A stretch of DNA of 64,000 bases from assembly GCA_963663805.2 (NCBI GenBank), contig CAXXMR010000025.1, forward strand, positions 18,947-82,946, written 5' to 3'. Positions 33,171-44,507 of the stretch are shown here, in pieces. The notes under the pieces were generated by a model. That model was not told the DNA's origin. It searched no databases and saw nothing but the letters and a program-made list of their open reading frames with translations. The stretch is from Sedimentisphaerales bacterium (GTDB lineage: Bacteria > Planctomycetota > Phycisphaerae > Sedimentisphaerales > SM23-30). Numbering within the stretch: the first letter of the stretch is position 1; each line of letters starts with the position of its first letter. The position numbers were made by a program, and so were the translations under genes.

Positions 33171-35867
33171 TTAATTTGTTCCAAACACGATTGTTGTAAT
33201 CTCTTTTGGTTTTGCTTTTGTGTCGAGTTTGCCAGCGGTTATTTTCAGATTCAGTTCTTTTTTGAAATCAAGATCGCATTTAACTGCCGTCTGGAACCTC
33301 CTGACGAATTTCGGTTCGAGGAACTCGATCGATACCTGAGATTGCTCATCCGAGGGATTAAAACATCGCAATTCGCATTTGTCACCTATCATCGAAAAAC
33401 TACTCATAACTGCGCCGGTCAAATTAATGATTCCCTGGCAGGGGGGCAGGCTGCCGGTCGGTTTTGCCACGGTAATATCCTGATTTCTCAGTTGGCAGGA
33501 TTTGATTCCGGTGGCAAGTTTTAGGGCTTCGTTATAGATTTTGAGTCTGTCCGCTTTTCCTTCGATAGGCATAATATTGTATTTGAATGAAAGTGGCTTT
33601 AATAGTTGTCCGCCTGGTTCGCCGTTGGTCATAACCGTTCTGCGTGTCGAACGGAACAGGGTAAGTTTGATGGGTTTGGCGGGCTCGTCCGTGACCCCGC
33701 TTTCGTATTGGCCGGTGCTGACAATTGCCAAGCCTCGTTTATTATCTGAGATTGCGGTCCAACTGTATTGGGGTTTAGCGTCAGTATCAATTTCCTTTTT
33801 CTTATAATTATCAGGGGGCAAACTTACCGGCTGTTCAATCACATCGAACAGGCTGTCAGCCAGGTAGTTTTCGGTGTTGGCGGCTGTGGGAAATGAAACC
33901 CGCAGGCGATGATCGCAGACATTATTGTCAACTAATGTTTCGACTTCGAGTTTGTCCGCACCTTTACGAAGAGTGAGATAGCTGTTAATGGTAAATTCTA
34001 CCGTCTTTGAGCTGCGTCGCATTACTGAGAAGTCAAATTTTCCGGGCAATTTAAGAGTGCTTTGTATTTTTAAGCGGCCCAGTTCCGGGCCATTGGCAAT
34101 AACCGCTATCTGGCAGGGTGAGTGATAGGAATTATATATTTCATCGTTTACCGCGATGCCATAATACCAGCCATCGCCGATATCGGCATTATCCTCAAAG
34201 ATCAGCAGGTCTTCATATATCTGGCCATTTCGCTTATCCAGAAGTTTTACGGTGCCACTGGCGCCCACGGTGATTTTGAGGTATTCATTCTCCAGGCAAT
34301 TACCGCTATGGGCAATTTGAGAGCAATTTGAATGCCTTACCGGTTGTTTAGGTTGGGCTTTTTCGATTATCAGAGTGGTGTAGCCCAAAGCCGGGATGGT
34401 TAGTTCCAGGGCTATTTTTACTTCAGTAGTATCATAAAGATCAGGGGTTTTGGTGCGGAAGGTAACCAGGTTTTTATGATTGAGCTGCTGGGCAATCCTC
34501 TGGTATTCAATTATATTTCCTTTATGGTCTTTAATTAAAAAGGTTGGCTTGCTCTCGAACCCAAAAAACTCGTGGAAGCAAGGCCAATCTACAGGTATTT
34601 GCAAATCAAGCTCAACGACTTCGTCCATTCCCTGCGGCAGAGGATTGAAGACTACCACTTTCAGTTTATGGTCATCAATTTTGGTTTCGGTTTCCAGGGC
34701 AATGCTTTTTAATGCCTCCGTGGTAAGCCGATTGGCGATTTGCGAAGTCTGGCTGAAACGAAATTCCATGTCCTTGTGGACCTGGTCAATGCTACAACCG
34801 CAAATGGAATCATGGGGATGATTTTTTATGAGCCATTTCCAGGCGACATTCAAAAAGCCGGTGGGGTAGCGTTTATCTGTTAAGAGATTCGCCAGCAACG
34901 AAAACGGTTCAGCCCAGTGGCACAAACTGTTTTGGCAAACCGTATTATCCTGCTTTAGATCGACCCGACTGGAAGCTACCCCGGTAATCAGCCATTCGTT
35001 AGTGGTGTAATCCTCGGCAACTTTACGTAATTGACCTTTGACAACATTTTTGACGGCGGAAAACTCCGTCAACATAGTATTCGCATATTCATCCAGGCTG
35101 GTATGTCGAAGCTCAAAACGTTCATCCTTTTCGAGCAGTTTGAATAATTCCTGGTAAGCCCGACGGTCCCAGCACTGATGGTCCAGGCCATCAAAAAGCA
35201 GGATGGGTAGAATCGCGTTTCTTTCTGATTCCAACTGTAAATACTCTTCCAGCAATTTAGCGAAATCCTTCGGAGAGAAATCAAGATACTGGTCCTGAGC
35301 AGCCTTTCGGGTAATAATCGCAAAATCACCATAGCCATCATTGCCAAAAACATGTGAATAAACACGGCTGCCGTCGGCGCCTTCCCAAATAATGTTACGA
35401 TTTTTGAAATTGAGCCCGCGCCAGATAAAAGCGTTGTTAATGCCAAAGCCCTTTAATATCTGGGGCATCTGGCTGATATGTCCGAACATATCGCAGAGGA
35501 AACCGGTTCGAGACGGTTCGCCGCCCAATTCACGTACTGTGTCAAACCCCATCCTTAGGTTGCGAATCATGGCTTCGCCGGAAACCAGAAATTCGTCAGG
35601 CAGAACATACCAAGGGCCGGCTGCGATTTGGCGATTATTTATACATGCGGACACTTCATCCCTTCGGTGCGGATTTACTTCGAGATAATCTTCAATCAGG
35701 CAGACCTGGCCATCGTTATAGAATGGCCCTTTAAGCTCACCGGTAGATATGCCGTCAAGCACATCGTCCATGAGGTCAACAAGGCGATAGCGATAATTCT
35801 GGAAAGTCTGATACCATTCCCGATCCCAGTGGGTACTCAAAACATAATATAAAGGTCTTTTTTTCAT
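33171..35867 (-). CDS. Glycoside hydrolase family 38 (alpha-mannosidase/MngB-like), cytoplasmic
   Basis: THWDREWY, GPWYVLPDEFL, D(M)FGH and HDSICGCSID motifs; no signal peptide. Confidence 0.95.
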   Translation of the reverse strand: MKKRPLYYVLSTHWDREWYQTFQNYRYRLVDLMDDVLDGISTGELKGPFYNDGQVCLIEDYLEVNPHRRDEVSACINNRQIAAGPWYVLPDEFLVSGEAMIRNLRMGFDTVRELGGEPSRTGFLCDMFGHISQMPQILKGFGINNAFIWRGLNFKNRNIIWEGADGSRVYSHVFGNDGYGDFAIITRKAAQDQYLDFSPKDFAKLLEEYLQLESERNAILPILLFDGLDHQCWDRRAYQELFKLLEKDERFELRHTSLDEYANTMLTEFSAVKNVVKGQLRKVAEDYTTNEWLITGVASSRVDLKQDNTVCQNSLCHWAEPFSLLANLLTDKRYPTGFLNVAWKWLIKNHPHDSICGCSIDQVHKDMEFRFSQTSQIANRLTTEALKSIALETETKIDDHKLKVVVFNPLPQGMDEVVELDLQIPVDWPCFHEFFGFESKPTFLIKDHKGNIIEYQRIAQQLNHKNLVTFRTKTPDLYDTTEVKIALELTIPALGYTTLIIEKAQPKQPVRHSNCSQIAHSGNCLENEYLKITVGASGTVKLLDKRNGQIYEDLLIFEDNADIGDGWYYGIAVNDEIYNSYHSPCQIAVIANGPELGRLKIQSTLKLPGKFDFSVMRRSSKTVEFTINSYLTLRKGADKLEVETLVDNNVCDHRLRVSFPTAANTENYLADSLFDVIEQPVSLPPDNYKKKEIDTDAKPQYSWTAISDNKRGLAIVSTGQYESGVTDEPAKPIKLTLFRSTRRTVMTNGEPGGQLLKPLSFKYNIMPIEGKADRLKIYNEALKLATGIKSCQLRNQDITVAKPTGSLPPCQGIINLTGAVMSSFSMIGDKCELRCFNPSDEQSQVSIEFLEPKFVRRFQTAVKCDLDFKKELNLKITAGKLDTKAKPKEITTIVFGTN

Positions 35868-35889
35868 AGTCTTTCAGTTTAGTCAAAGG

Positions 35890-37839
35890 TTAATAATTAT
35901 CTTTAGGCAGATTTCTATACCAGACAAGGTAGAGGCCCATCAGGGCGATACAGAAGATTACGAAGGTTATCCCGCAGGCCTGCCATGATTTTATAAGTAT
36001 CAGCATGGGCAGCAGGAACAGTGACACCTGCCAGGTCAGGGCAAAAGGCAGGGCCAGAAGGTCACAACGGTGTTCTTTACGCATTTCCTGTCGTTTTTTT
36101 GAATCAAGCAGCTCAGGCAGTTTGCCCCAAAAACCGAACGGTCGTGTAATTTTATAGAAATTTTCTATTACTTCCGGTTTAGTCGGTTTAGTTAGAAAAG
36201 TGCCCAAAATCGCACCGACCAGACCGATTGCAGCCATCACCACAAACTGTACACGTTCATCCATTTCCGGCCAGAATAGACGCTGTACCACCGCGGCGAC
36301 CAGGCCACACAAAGTGCCAATCGCAAAACCTCCACCATTGAAACGCCACCAGTAAAGACGAAGAATACCTGGAATCATCAAGCCGGTGCCAAAGCCCATG
36401 ACAATCCAGCCCCAAATATCATTAATATTTTTGATGGTATGAGCAAAAAGAAAACTTACCGCCACCACAAACAAGATAAATAACCAACTGGCGGTGATAA
36501 GCTCACGATTTTGGGCCCGGGGTCGAAAATACCTCTGGTAAAGATCTCTGGTGAAAAAACCGGTGGTCATATTAACGGTAGTATCAAAAGTTGACATGCT
36601 CGCGGCGATGAGGGCCACCAGAATCATGCCGCGCATTCCCATGGGAATTTCACTGAGTACAACCGCGGGCAAAATTCTTTCGGGATTGATGGTTCCATGG
36701 AAACCGATAAGATAAAGTTTGTTCACCCAGTCCTCGCCGAGCATTTGTTTGATAGATTCGACCATTTCGGCAGAGTACATTTCCGGCGTATGCACAATGT
36801 TGCTGACTACTGTGGCCCAGTCATTTTCCGTTACGTTAGTGACGTTGGCTTTTATTAGGTCGGCACATTGCAGGAGAACCGCGTGGTCGGGAAACATTCC
36901 CTTGACCATAAACAGTCCTAAAACCGCAAAAGCCATCATCATCGGCCAGCGGAACATTATACAAAAAATTGTCATAAATGTCAACGTGCCGCATTCCCGG
37001 TCATTCTTAGCGCCGAAATATTTGGGCTCTCCTCCGGTGCCCAGCCCGCCAAAGACATTACGCATCAGATAAAACAAGGCGAACATGAAAAGGTGGCGAT
37101 ACTGCTCATACCCGGCAGGCATTTCGGTTTCCAAGTGTGGTGATGAGGTTATCCACTGGCTGTTGCCGGTGACTTCCTGGGCCAGTACGGCCAGTGACTC
37201 GCCATCGGTAACCTTGTTCCAGGCCATAAATGAGATACATATAACCGCGATGATAACGATTCCGGACTGGAATATGTCAGTGAATACGACTCCGTAAAAA
37301 CCAGAAGCCATGGTATATATCGCCGCAACTCCCAACAGGATAATCGCACAAAGCAAAGGTGAAAACGGCAGATACATCGACATAAACAAGCCAACGCCTT
37401 TAATCATATAGGCTAGCATTCCGATGGTACCGATCACGGCGGCAAGGGCGGAGACTATTCTGGCGAAATGTCCTCCGAAGTCTTCGCCGAAACGAAACTT
37501 CATCCATTCGGCACCAGTGATGCACTGACTGCGACGATGCCATTTACCGGTCCAGAGCATTGCCAGAGCCGCCACTAGAACCGCTCCGCCGCGAAACTCG
37601 ATAAACAGTCCGCGTGGTCCCAGCATAAAAAGGAACGAAGTGATAATCATCGTGCCGGTAACATCCAGCCACGAAGCCATCCCCGAAATCCCCAAGGCCC
37701 ACCAGGGCAGAGAGCGACCACCCAGAAAATAATCTTCCAGACTCGCCGAAGCCTTTTTTTGTAAATAAATCCCCAAACCAATCAAAATGGAAAAATAGAC
37801 AAAAATAATTGTGTAATCAACGCTGTTAAGATAACCCAT
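35890..37839 (-). CDS. Sodium:solute symporter (SSS) family
   Basis: DYFLGGRSLPWW, VVFTD..Q, AASMST and YWWRFN motifs; multiple TM helices. Confidence 0.93.
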   Translation of the reverse strand: MGYLNSVDYTIIFVYFSILIGLGIYLQKKASASLEDYFLGGRSLPWWALGISGMASWLDVTGTMIITSFLFMLGPRGLFIEFRGGAVLVAALAMLWTGKWHRRSQCITGAEWMKFRFGEDFGGHFARIVSALAAVIGTIGMLAYMIKGVGLFMSMYLPFSPLLCAIILLGVAAIYTMASGFYGVVFTDIFQSGIVIIAVICISFMAWNKVTDGESLAVLAQEVTGNSQWITSSPHLETEMPAGYEQYRHLFMFALFYLMRNVFGGLGTGGEPKYFGAKNDRECGTLTFMTIFCIMFRWPMMMAFAVLGLFMVKGMFPDHAVLLQCADLIKANVTNVTENDWATVVSNIVHTPEMYSAEMVESIKQMLGEDWVNKLYLIGFHGTINPERILPAVVLSEIPMGMRGMILVALIAASMSTFDTTVNMTTGFFTRDLYQRYFRPRAQNRELITASWLFILFVVAVSFLFAHTIKNINDIWGWIVMGFGTGLMIPGILRLYWWRFNGGGFAIGTLCGLVAAVVQRLFWPEMDERVQFVVMAAIGLVGAILGTFLTKPTKPEVIENFYKITRPFGFWGKLPELLDSKKRQEMRKEHRCDLLALPFALTWQVSLFLLPMLILIKSWQACGITFVIFCIALMGLYLVWYRNLPKDNY

Positions 37840-38096
37840 TATGGCTCCTGATAAAATCTATATTCTTGCGCATTGTACCAATACTCGTTTCACGCAGGAA
37901 CACGCACGATACCTTCTGTTTGCCTAAATGTCAATCAGTTTATAGTGTCGGGTATGCGAAAAAGTAAGTCCCACGACTTGTAAGGTGTTTGTCCTGGTGA
38001 GTGGATTGTGATCGCAGGGAATAAGTGTTGCTTAGGGTGGGATTCGGACTGAGGACGATTTTTGAATCTGCCGATATTGCAACCTCCCCGGCCCGG

Positions 38097-40484
38097 TTAT
38101 TTTTTGGCAACTTTAATACTGCGTACAAACAGCCCGTTGTCACTGATATTTTCAAAACGAAAATCGGTCTGTTCATTTTGACGGGCTTCGAAACAGGCAT
38201 CATCTATCTCAAAGATATGTTTCTGCCATTTACCACTGCCCGCCATTTTGACAACATCCAAATGCTGCTTGTAGGCTCCATTCACCGGCTGAGATTTATC
38301 ACTTGAATTATACTGTAAAGTAAAACCGCCTCCGGCATTATCGAGATATTCGATTTCAATCTCAAGCGAATTTTTTGATGAATTGCGGAATCCGGCATCG
38401 ACGGCACAATACATAAATTTAGAATCGGATTTTCCGGAAATTACCCAGCAATCCGTACCGGTGTGTTTGGTGGTTTCAAATACTCCGTCCGCAACAATAG
38501 TCGGTACCAGACCGGAGCTTTGGCTCGGACTACCCTGGACAGAATCTGAATCACTATAAGGTGTCACCACTGGTGTGGTAATTTTTGTTTTCAGCAAATC
38601 GAAATAATTGGCAAGGTCGATAATTTTCACTTTGGCTGCAGGATATTTGCGTTGGGCATCCTTTATCGCGTCATATATCATCGAGGGGGTAATCAGAATA
38701 CAGCGGAAGGCATTCAAATTTGCCGAATACTGAGAATTTTCCGCGGATTCCTTATAAAGTTGCATAACTCGCTTTTTCATTTCGCGGGTCTGAGCGATGT
38801 GATACATCTGTACGAAACTTACGGGAGTACCGTCTACCAGTTTCGCTTCCAGCGGGCAATTAAAACCAAACCCCCGCGGAGTAATCCAGGCCGCCATTTC
38901 CGACCATTTTTTGCTGAAGGTGTCATCAATATAATAGGCGTTTATCACAATGCCGTACCGGTCGTTGAGTTCATGAGCAAAACGTTCGTAGTATTTGGCC
39001 CCGGATTCCTTGATTCGGCCATTACGATTGAAAAGGCTGTCTGGCTGAATATAAGCGGCCCCATCTCCTGAGAAGCCGAAGAAATCATTTGGTGTGCGGT
39101 TGTCGTACATATATTTAATCGCATGAGGGATACGATAATTGAGTGCGGGGTTAATTACCCAGTTGAGGGGCACTTTGCCGCGAGCCCGGTCATCATATAC
39201 CGAAGTGACCATCTGATTGGTCCATGCGCTTCCGTCATAATCCATCATCAAAAAAGCGATGTAAGTGGTATCGCTTTCATATTCGATCGGGTCAGGCTCG
39301 CGGAATTTTGCCTCCTGACGGCTCACTGGCGGCAAATGCTGAAAGAATGAAGAGTTGGCAATTCCAAAAGCCGCGTCACCGTCATTGGCCATGTTATATG
39401 AAGTCAACAATGACACAAACTCCCACTCGGTTTCCACATCCGCGTGTTTTTCTCCTTTATGCGAAGTGTACTTGATCCACCAAGGCACGAATCCACCCAC
39501 TACGCCGAATTCACCCTGGCGATGCTCATATGAGACTTCCAGAATGTCGTGCCAGCTTTTGTTGTCTGCCCCCAGAGGTTGCGAAGGGTCATCAAAAGGC
39601 TTGCAATCGGCCCAGGGGCTCAGGTCGAAAAAGAACGCTTTTTGAGCCACCCAGTAATCACCGTTATACATACCGTTCTGCTGAAGTTCATTGCGGTCGC
39701 CGAGGAAACCATAATCTTCCTGGGCATAATGACTGCGAAACTTGCCCCACATTGACGCATCGCAGTTGAACCACATTTTATAAGAGTTAGCCAGGCCGGG
39801 CCGGAGATATTTTTCGATTGCGTATTTGTACGCATCATTTTTGGCGCTGCCGGTAGTCGGGTAGCTCTGGCTGTCAACCACTACATCCTTTTTGCCGTCA
39901 AACATACCGCAGAAATTCAGTTTGACCTCAAGCCACGGGGCCGCCTGGCGAACCTTCTTATAAAACTTTCCGCCCTCCAGGTCGCTGCTAATCGGCAGCA
40001 GATTTTCACAACCAGCCGCCATCATCGCCACATTACTACCAGCGGGAAGCTTCATATCCCACAGTGCCAGACCGGCCACATCTCCACGGTATTCATTAAT
40101 CAACGCCTCAAGGGTTAATAAGGGTTTGATTTTTCGGCCTTTGAAATAACCTTGCTTTTTGAAGTATGTAAACCAGTAACGGTCCAGTTCGGTTACCGGC
40201 TTGCCTTGATAATCATCCTCGAAATAATGTTTGGTTTCCACGTCAAACAAAGCCAAAGCGGCATATAGATATAACCGCGGCTCATCACGATTAACAATTC
40301 CCTGCAAGGCTGTAATGAAATAAATTGCGTCAGCCCGTTCTTCAATCGTATCGATGCCTGCCTGGTCGAAATATCTCCAGACATCAAAAACCGCAATGTC
40401 ACCTGGGACGGTATAAGAAACATCAGCGGCCAACAGAGGCATAGCAAATAGCCAACAAACCATAATCCAAATCGATAGCTTCAT
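38097..40484 (-). CDS. Secreted GxGYxYP-family putative glycoside hydrolase with C-terminal CBM-like domain
   Basis: ALQGIVNRDEPRLY, F.M.DYD, PLNWVINP and SGDGAAYIQP; C-terminal IEYLD..G.F.LQY..W..F.I.DA.F. Confidence 0.8.
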   Translation of the reverse strand: MKLSIWIMVCWLFAMPLLAADVSYTVPGDIAVFDVWRYFDQAGIDTIEERADAIYFITALQGIVNRDEPRLYLYAALALFDVETKHYFEDDYQGKPVTELDRYWFTYFKKQGYFKGRKIKPLLTLEALINEYRGDVAGLALWDMKLPAGSNVAMMAAGCENLLPISSDLEGGKFYKKVRQAAPWLEVKLNFCGMFDGKKDVVVDSQSYPTTGSAKNDAYKYAIEKYLRPGLANSYKMWFNCDASMWGKFRSHYAQEDYGFLGDRNELQQNGMYNGDYWVAQKAFFFDLSPWADCKPFDDPSQPLGADNKSWHDILEVSYEHRQGEFGVVGGFVPWWIKYTSHKGEKHADVETEWEFVSLLTSYNMANDGDAAFGIANSSFFQHLPPVSRQEAKFREPDPIEYESDTTYIAFLMMDYDGSAWTNQMVTSVYDDRARGKVPLNWVINPALNYRIPHAIKYMYDNRTPNDFFGFSGDGAAYIQPDSLFNRNGRIKESGAKYYERFAHELNDRYGIVINAYYIDDTFSKKWSEMAAWITPRGFGFNCPLEAKLVDGTPVSFVQMYHIAQTREMKKRVMQLYKESAENSQYSANLNAFRCILITPSMIYDAIKDAQRKYPAAKVKIIDLANYFDLLKTKITTPVVTPYSDSDSVQGSPSQSSGLVPTIVADGVFETTKHTGTDCWVISGKSDSKFMYCAVDAGFRNSSKNSLEIEIEYLDNAGGGFTLQYNSSDKSQPVNGAYKQHLDVVKMAGSGKWQKHIFEIDDACFEARQNEQTDFRFENISDNGLFVRSIKVAKK

Positions 40485-40601
40485 GTCATAATCCTTTCAC
40501 GCTAACGTTTAGGCTTGTTCCGGCAGAAAAGCCGGCAAACAGACTTTCTACCCAACCGGCCTTTGAAACTCAAAATTAAACGATTATCCCCCGATAATTA
40601 C

Positions 40602-41444
40602 TCACCAGAAACAAGTGTCTCGACTGCTGTTGAAACTCTGTGAAAGTGAAGGGTCGAGCGATTCCATTAACTCCGGATCAAACTCATTGGCGGCCTTCCA
40701 TTCCACATGGCCATCTCCGAACATGCGATTCGTGCCGGTAATATCAGGCGTACCGGATTTTACCGTATTGCCCCAGCGCTGGTCATGTACTGACGGGCCG
40801 TTCTTGCCATGATTATACCACCATGAACCATTATTGTCGTGCCAACGATACAAAGTGTCCGACATCAACAGGCGGTCCCCTCTGAGCATTTCTCCGGTAA
40901 GTTCTTCGCGGGCATTAACATAAAAATTTTTATCCCAGGTATCAACACGTCCATAATATGAATAGGTCATCGGATACCACCAAAGTGGTATTGCTGTGGG
41001 GTCTGTGTCCAGGGTAATATTTGGATACTGCGTAAACAAGCCTTCGCCGTTGATGCGGCTGGCTGGACAATGCCATGCGGGGTCAATATCATGATTGTCA
41101 AAATCAAAGCCGGGCATATATTCAACCATGGTGTGGATATTGAACTGGTCACTGTAATCTTCGAAATTGTTTACTTTGGCATAACTGGCAATATAAATCA
41201 GGCTGGGTAAAGCTCCTCCAAATTTGCCACCCAATCTTACCGAGGCGGGTATTTTGCCATTGTTATCATTGGAATAGGCATTGATTGCGATACCCCATTG
41301 GCGAAAATTAGAGGCACAAACGACCTCGCGGGCTTTCTCGCGGGCTTTGCCTAATGCCGGCAAAAGTATACTTACCAGCAGTGCGATAATCGCGACAACT
41401 ACCAATAGCTCAACCAGCGTAAAGGCGGTCTTTTTTTTAATCAT
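40602..41444 (-). CDS. Prepilin-type N-methylation / DUF1559-type pseudopilin
   Basis: KKTAFTLVELLVVVAIIALLVSILLPALGKAR..C.SN, WHCPA and GTNRMFGDGHVEW. Confidence 0.92.
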   Translation of the reverse strand: MIKKKTAFTLVELLVVVAIIALLVSILLPALGKAREKAREVVCASNFRQWGIAINAYSNDNNGKIPASVRLGGKFGGALPSLIYIASYAKVNNFEDYSDQFNIHTMVEYMPGFDFDNHDIDPAWHCPASRINGEGLFTQYPNITLDTDPTAIPLWWYPMTYSYYGRVDTWDKNFYVNAREELTGEMLRGDRLLMSDTLYRWHDNNGSWWYNHGKNGPSVHDQRWGNTVKSGTPDITGTNRMFGDGHVEWKAANEFDPELMESLDPSLSQSFNSSRDTCFW

Positions 41445-41466
41445 CCTTCTGTCTCCAAACTTAAGA

Positions 41467-44400
41467 TTACCAACAGTCTTCATTTTGCGGGTCATTGCAT
41501 TCCAGCCATTGTTCGGCCATGACCGAAAAATCTAATAAACCATATTCACTACCGGAAGCATTTAGCCAATCAGCCGCCATTGCCTGTAAATCGTAAATGT
41601 CAACAATGCAATCAGGCAAGCCGTTCGCACCGGAAATATCACCTGTCAGATAGCCCAGATCGCCGCACTGGCCGTCATCGGGATGCCAGTAAAGCAAACC
41701 GTGGGTCTGTTCGAGGACATCCGGCACTCCATCCGAATCGGTATCGACCGAATAAATGTCATCCCGAACCTTGACGCTCTTTTTCCACTCCAGATTTCCG
41801 CAGTTTCTAAACCACTGTTTACCATTGATTTCCACGGCATCTACAAGATAACTGCCCACGGTCTTAACGCTCAGGGCATTAGTCACGCGAAATCCTATAT
41901 TGATATATTTCGTTTGCGGAGCATGAATTGAATAATTATATTCAAAAGTTTCGTAATTGGCGGTACCGGGATTAAAAACCGCTGCTTCATACTCAAAGAT
42001 ATAATTGCCCGCGGAATCAAACTCTGAAATTGTCAGGTGAATTCTGGTGTAGGCCCCACTGATTTTTTTACTGGCGAATCTGATATTATACTCATTGCCA
42101 TACTCAACCGATATTCGATGACTGTCCCGGTCAATCGCGTGGTCACTCTGACTGCCTCCAGCATCCGTAACCGTCATTCGGGCGGCCTTAGTACCATCAT
42201 AGGTGTCGATTACTATCGCGTACTGGGCTGTCGCGCCATTAACCGCGAAATAACGCCAGTCGGTGAAATCCTGCTCAAAACTGCCGTTGGTAAGAAGATT
42301 ATTTCCTCCCCCTTCTTTCAGCACGTCAAAATATAAATCATAGTCACCCGCAACTGCCGGCATCTGAACCGGCATCTGAAAATCATGTGTCTGATTATTG
42401 GATATCGTCACCCCTGCCGGAAGGCTGCCTTCAGCCAGTTCGCGATAATCACCCTCCGTTACAGTCTGTCCCCGCGGTACAATCGCATAACATAACTTAT
42501 ATCCGTCCGCCCGACTCCAGGTGTCCCAAGCGTCGTTCCTGACCGAGACCGTCACATTAACCAGGTCGCCCGTCTGATTGATTCGGGCCACATCATCACC
42601 CAGCCACGCCGCCCGAAAAACGTTAGCGCCGCCCAGATAATAACGCAGGAGATAATAAAACTCCTGGGCATCCAGGAACTTATAATCATTGCCCAAGGCC
42701 GCACATTCGTTTTCTAAATCTTTGAGCTTTTGCGGATGCAGCAGAATACTGCGATACCAGCTGAAATTAACCCCTGTGCCGGAACTCAAACCCAAAGCGT
42801 CGGCAGAAATATTATCATCATACAAATCCGGGCTATGGCGTCTTATTACCGGCACATTGTCGCGTAAAACCGCACCACTGATGCCGTCATTAAAACCGAT
42901 GCCGTCACCACTGTAATCCGTGTAAATATCGGCGTCACCGATACTGAGTTGTCCGCTGCCAGCATTCAGAATCCAGCCGGTTATCGAATAATCGAACATG
43001 CGGTAGTATTTCTCGCAATGCTTCTGCCAAATATCCACGCCGCTGCTATATCCCGACGGCTCCCTGTCACCATAAAGCTGCGTGGGCTGAACATATCCAG
43101 CCCCGGAGTCCCCGGCCAGAAATACATCATTGTTGTTTTGGTTGCGACGCATATAATCCAACGCCACCGAAACCCGGTCAACCGCGTTTGGCATCAATGC
43201 CCAGTTACAGGGAATGTCGCCGCGGGCGGGGTCGTCAAATCTATCGCCGCCCAGCCAATACAGCATCCAGGAGGCCTGGTCATAGTCGCCCAGATATATC
43301 ATAATATAATTATTGGGAACAACGTTGCCGCTGCCGTCGATATACCCCCTGGAAACCATGTCTTCATAGCTTGGGGGGCAATTATTGGTATAACGCCGCT
43401 CTTCGATTTTCGGCAATAACCCGCTGTAAAATGACGCGTTACTGACATAGCTCAAATCCAGCGCGTCCCCCTCCATATACGCGTTATAAGCGGTAATCAG
43501 CCGGACAGTTTGCCATTCCGTATCAACCGGACTGTTACTGCCGCCTGCCTCAGTGGTATATTTGTAAGCCCAGTTGGTGAACCCGCAAAACTTTATCATC
43601 TCACCGAAATCATTCTGAATATTACAGCCATCCAAAAGAGAACAGAAAGTATTATAATCAGTTCCTTCCGGTTGGCCGGGATCGTCATTGGGTTTTTCCC
43701 TGGACCAGGGAGAAAGCTCGAAACAAACAGCCTTTTTACTCACCGCGTAATCCAGATTCTGCAACTGCCAATGGTCCATACGAATACCACTGTTAAGACC
43801 GTAAAGGTCCAGTGTGTACATAACCTTGGTGGTATCTGCCAGACCGGTCTCGATGAATTTATTTTTCATCCACAGATAAGCATCACATTTGGCACTGCCT
43901 GTACTGGCTATCGAAGTCTGCCAAATTGTGCCGCTGCCGGTAAATTTCCCGCTTGTATCCAATAGAATCGGATACTGCGGCCCACTCGTCGAAACGGCCA
44001 GTAACTGATAAATCCCGCTGGAAGGGTCGTTGCGAATTGCCAAACCATTCATACAAGCTGCCGCTGTTGTCGCTGCCAGAGATGTGGAAATCACACCACT
44101 GGACGGGTCGGCATCATATAAAACCAGACCGTCGGCGTATTGGCCAAAGGTGTTAAATAAATCCGTTACCCCGGTAATCTGCTCTTTCGACCATCCTTGA
44201 CATAGACCACCGGCTTCGGTCAAGCGGTCCAGCCAAATCAAATCGGCATCGGTATATATCAAAAATAACCGGGACGCCTCGCGATTTGCCAGACCTTGCA
44301 AACAAGCCGCTACATGACGCAAATCATATGCCTGGGCCCGATTTGGCCAGGTCTCCGTGAAACGAAGGTCCCAATGATAAATCGTCGGTAGGAGTTTTTG

Positions 44401-44475
44401 CTGAGCACTAACAAACTGACTTAACATCATCAGTAGTAAAACACTCACTCCAAATTGTCTGAAAAATATTTTCAT
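41467..44475 (-). CDS. Secreted GxGYxYP-family putative hydrolase + Ig-like + CBM-like + dockerin-like
   Basis: CLQGLANR, GDYD and GDSGAGYVQP; NLLTNGSFE domain; DTDSDGVPD; GDISG..DCIVDIYDL..W. Confidence 0.8.
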   Translation of the reverse strand: MKIFFRQFGVSVLLLMMLSQFVSAQQKLLPTIYHWDLRFTETWPNRAQAYDLRHVAACLQGLANREASRLFLIYTDADLIWLDRLTEAGGLCQGWSKEQITGVTDLFNTFGQYADGLVLYDADPSSGVISTSLAATTAAACMNGLAIRNDPSSGIYQLLAVSTSGPQYPILLDTSGKFTGSGTIWQTSIASTGSAKCDAYLWMKNKFIETGLADTTKVMYTLDLYGLNSGIRMDHWQLQNLDYAVSKKAVCFELSPWSREKPNDDPGQPEGTDYNTFCSLLDGCNIQNDFGEMIKFCGFTNWAYKYTTEAGGSNSPVDTEWQTVRLITAYNAYMEGDALDLSYVSNASFYSGLLPKIEERRYTNNCPPSYEDMVSRGYIDGSGNVVPNNYIMIYLGDYDQASWMLYWLGGDRFDDPARGDIPCNWALMPNAVDRVSVALDYMRRNQNNNDVFLAGDSGAGYVQPTQLYGDREPSGYSSGVDIWQKHCEKYYRMFDYSITGWILNAGSGQLSIGDADIYTDYSGDGIGFNDGISGAVLRDNVPVIRRHSPDLYDDNISADALGLSSGTGVNFSWYRSILLHPQKLKDLENECAALGNDYKFLDAQEFYYLLRYYLGGANVFRAAWLGDDVARINQTGDLVNVTVSVRNDAWDTWSRADGYKLCYAIVPRGQTVTEGDYRELAEGSLPAGVTISNNQTHDFQMPVQMPAVAGDYDLYFDVLKEGGGNNLLTNGSFEQDFTDWRYFAVNGATAQYAIVIDTYDGTKAARMTVTDAGGSQSDHAIDRDSHRISVEYGNEYNIRFASKKISGAYTRIHLTISEFDSAGNYIFEYEAAVFNPGTANYETFEYNYSIHAPQTKYINIGFRVTNALSVKTVGSYLVDAVEINGKQWFRNCGNLEWKKSVKVRDDIYSVDTDSDGVPDVLEQTHGLLYWHPDDGQCGDLGYLTGDISGANGLPDCIVDIYDLQAMAADWLNASGSEYGLLDFSVMAEQWLECNDPQNEDCW

Positions 44476-44507
44476 ATCTGCCTGAGTCAAACCTGTGATT
44501 AAAATTG

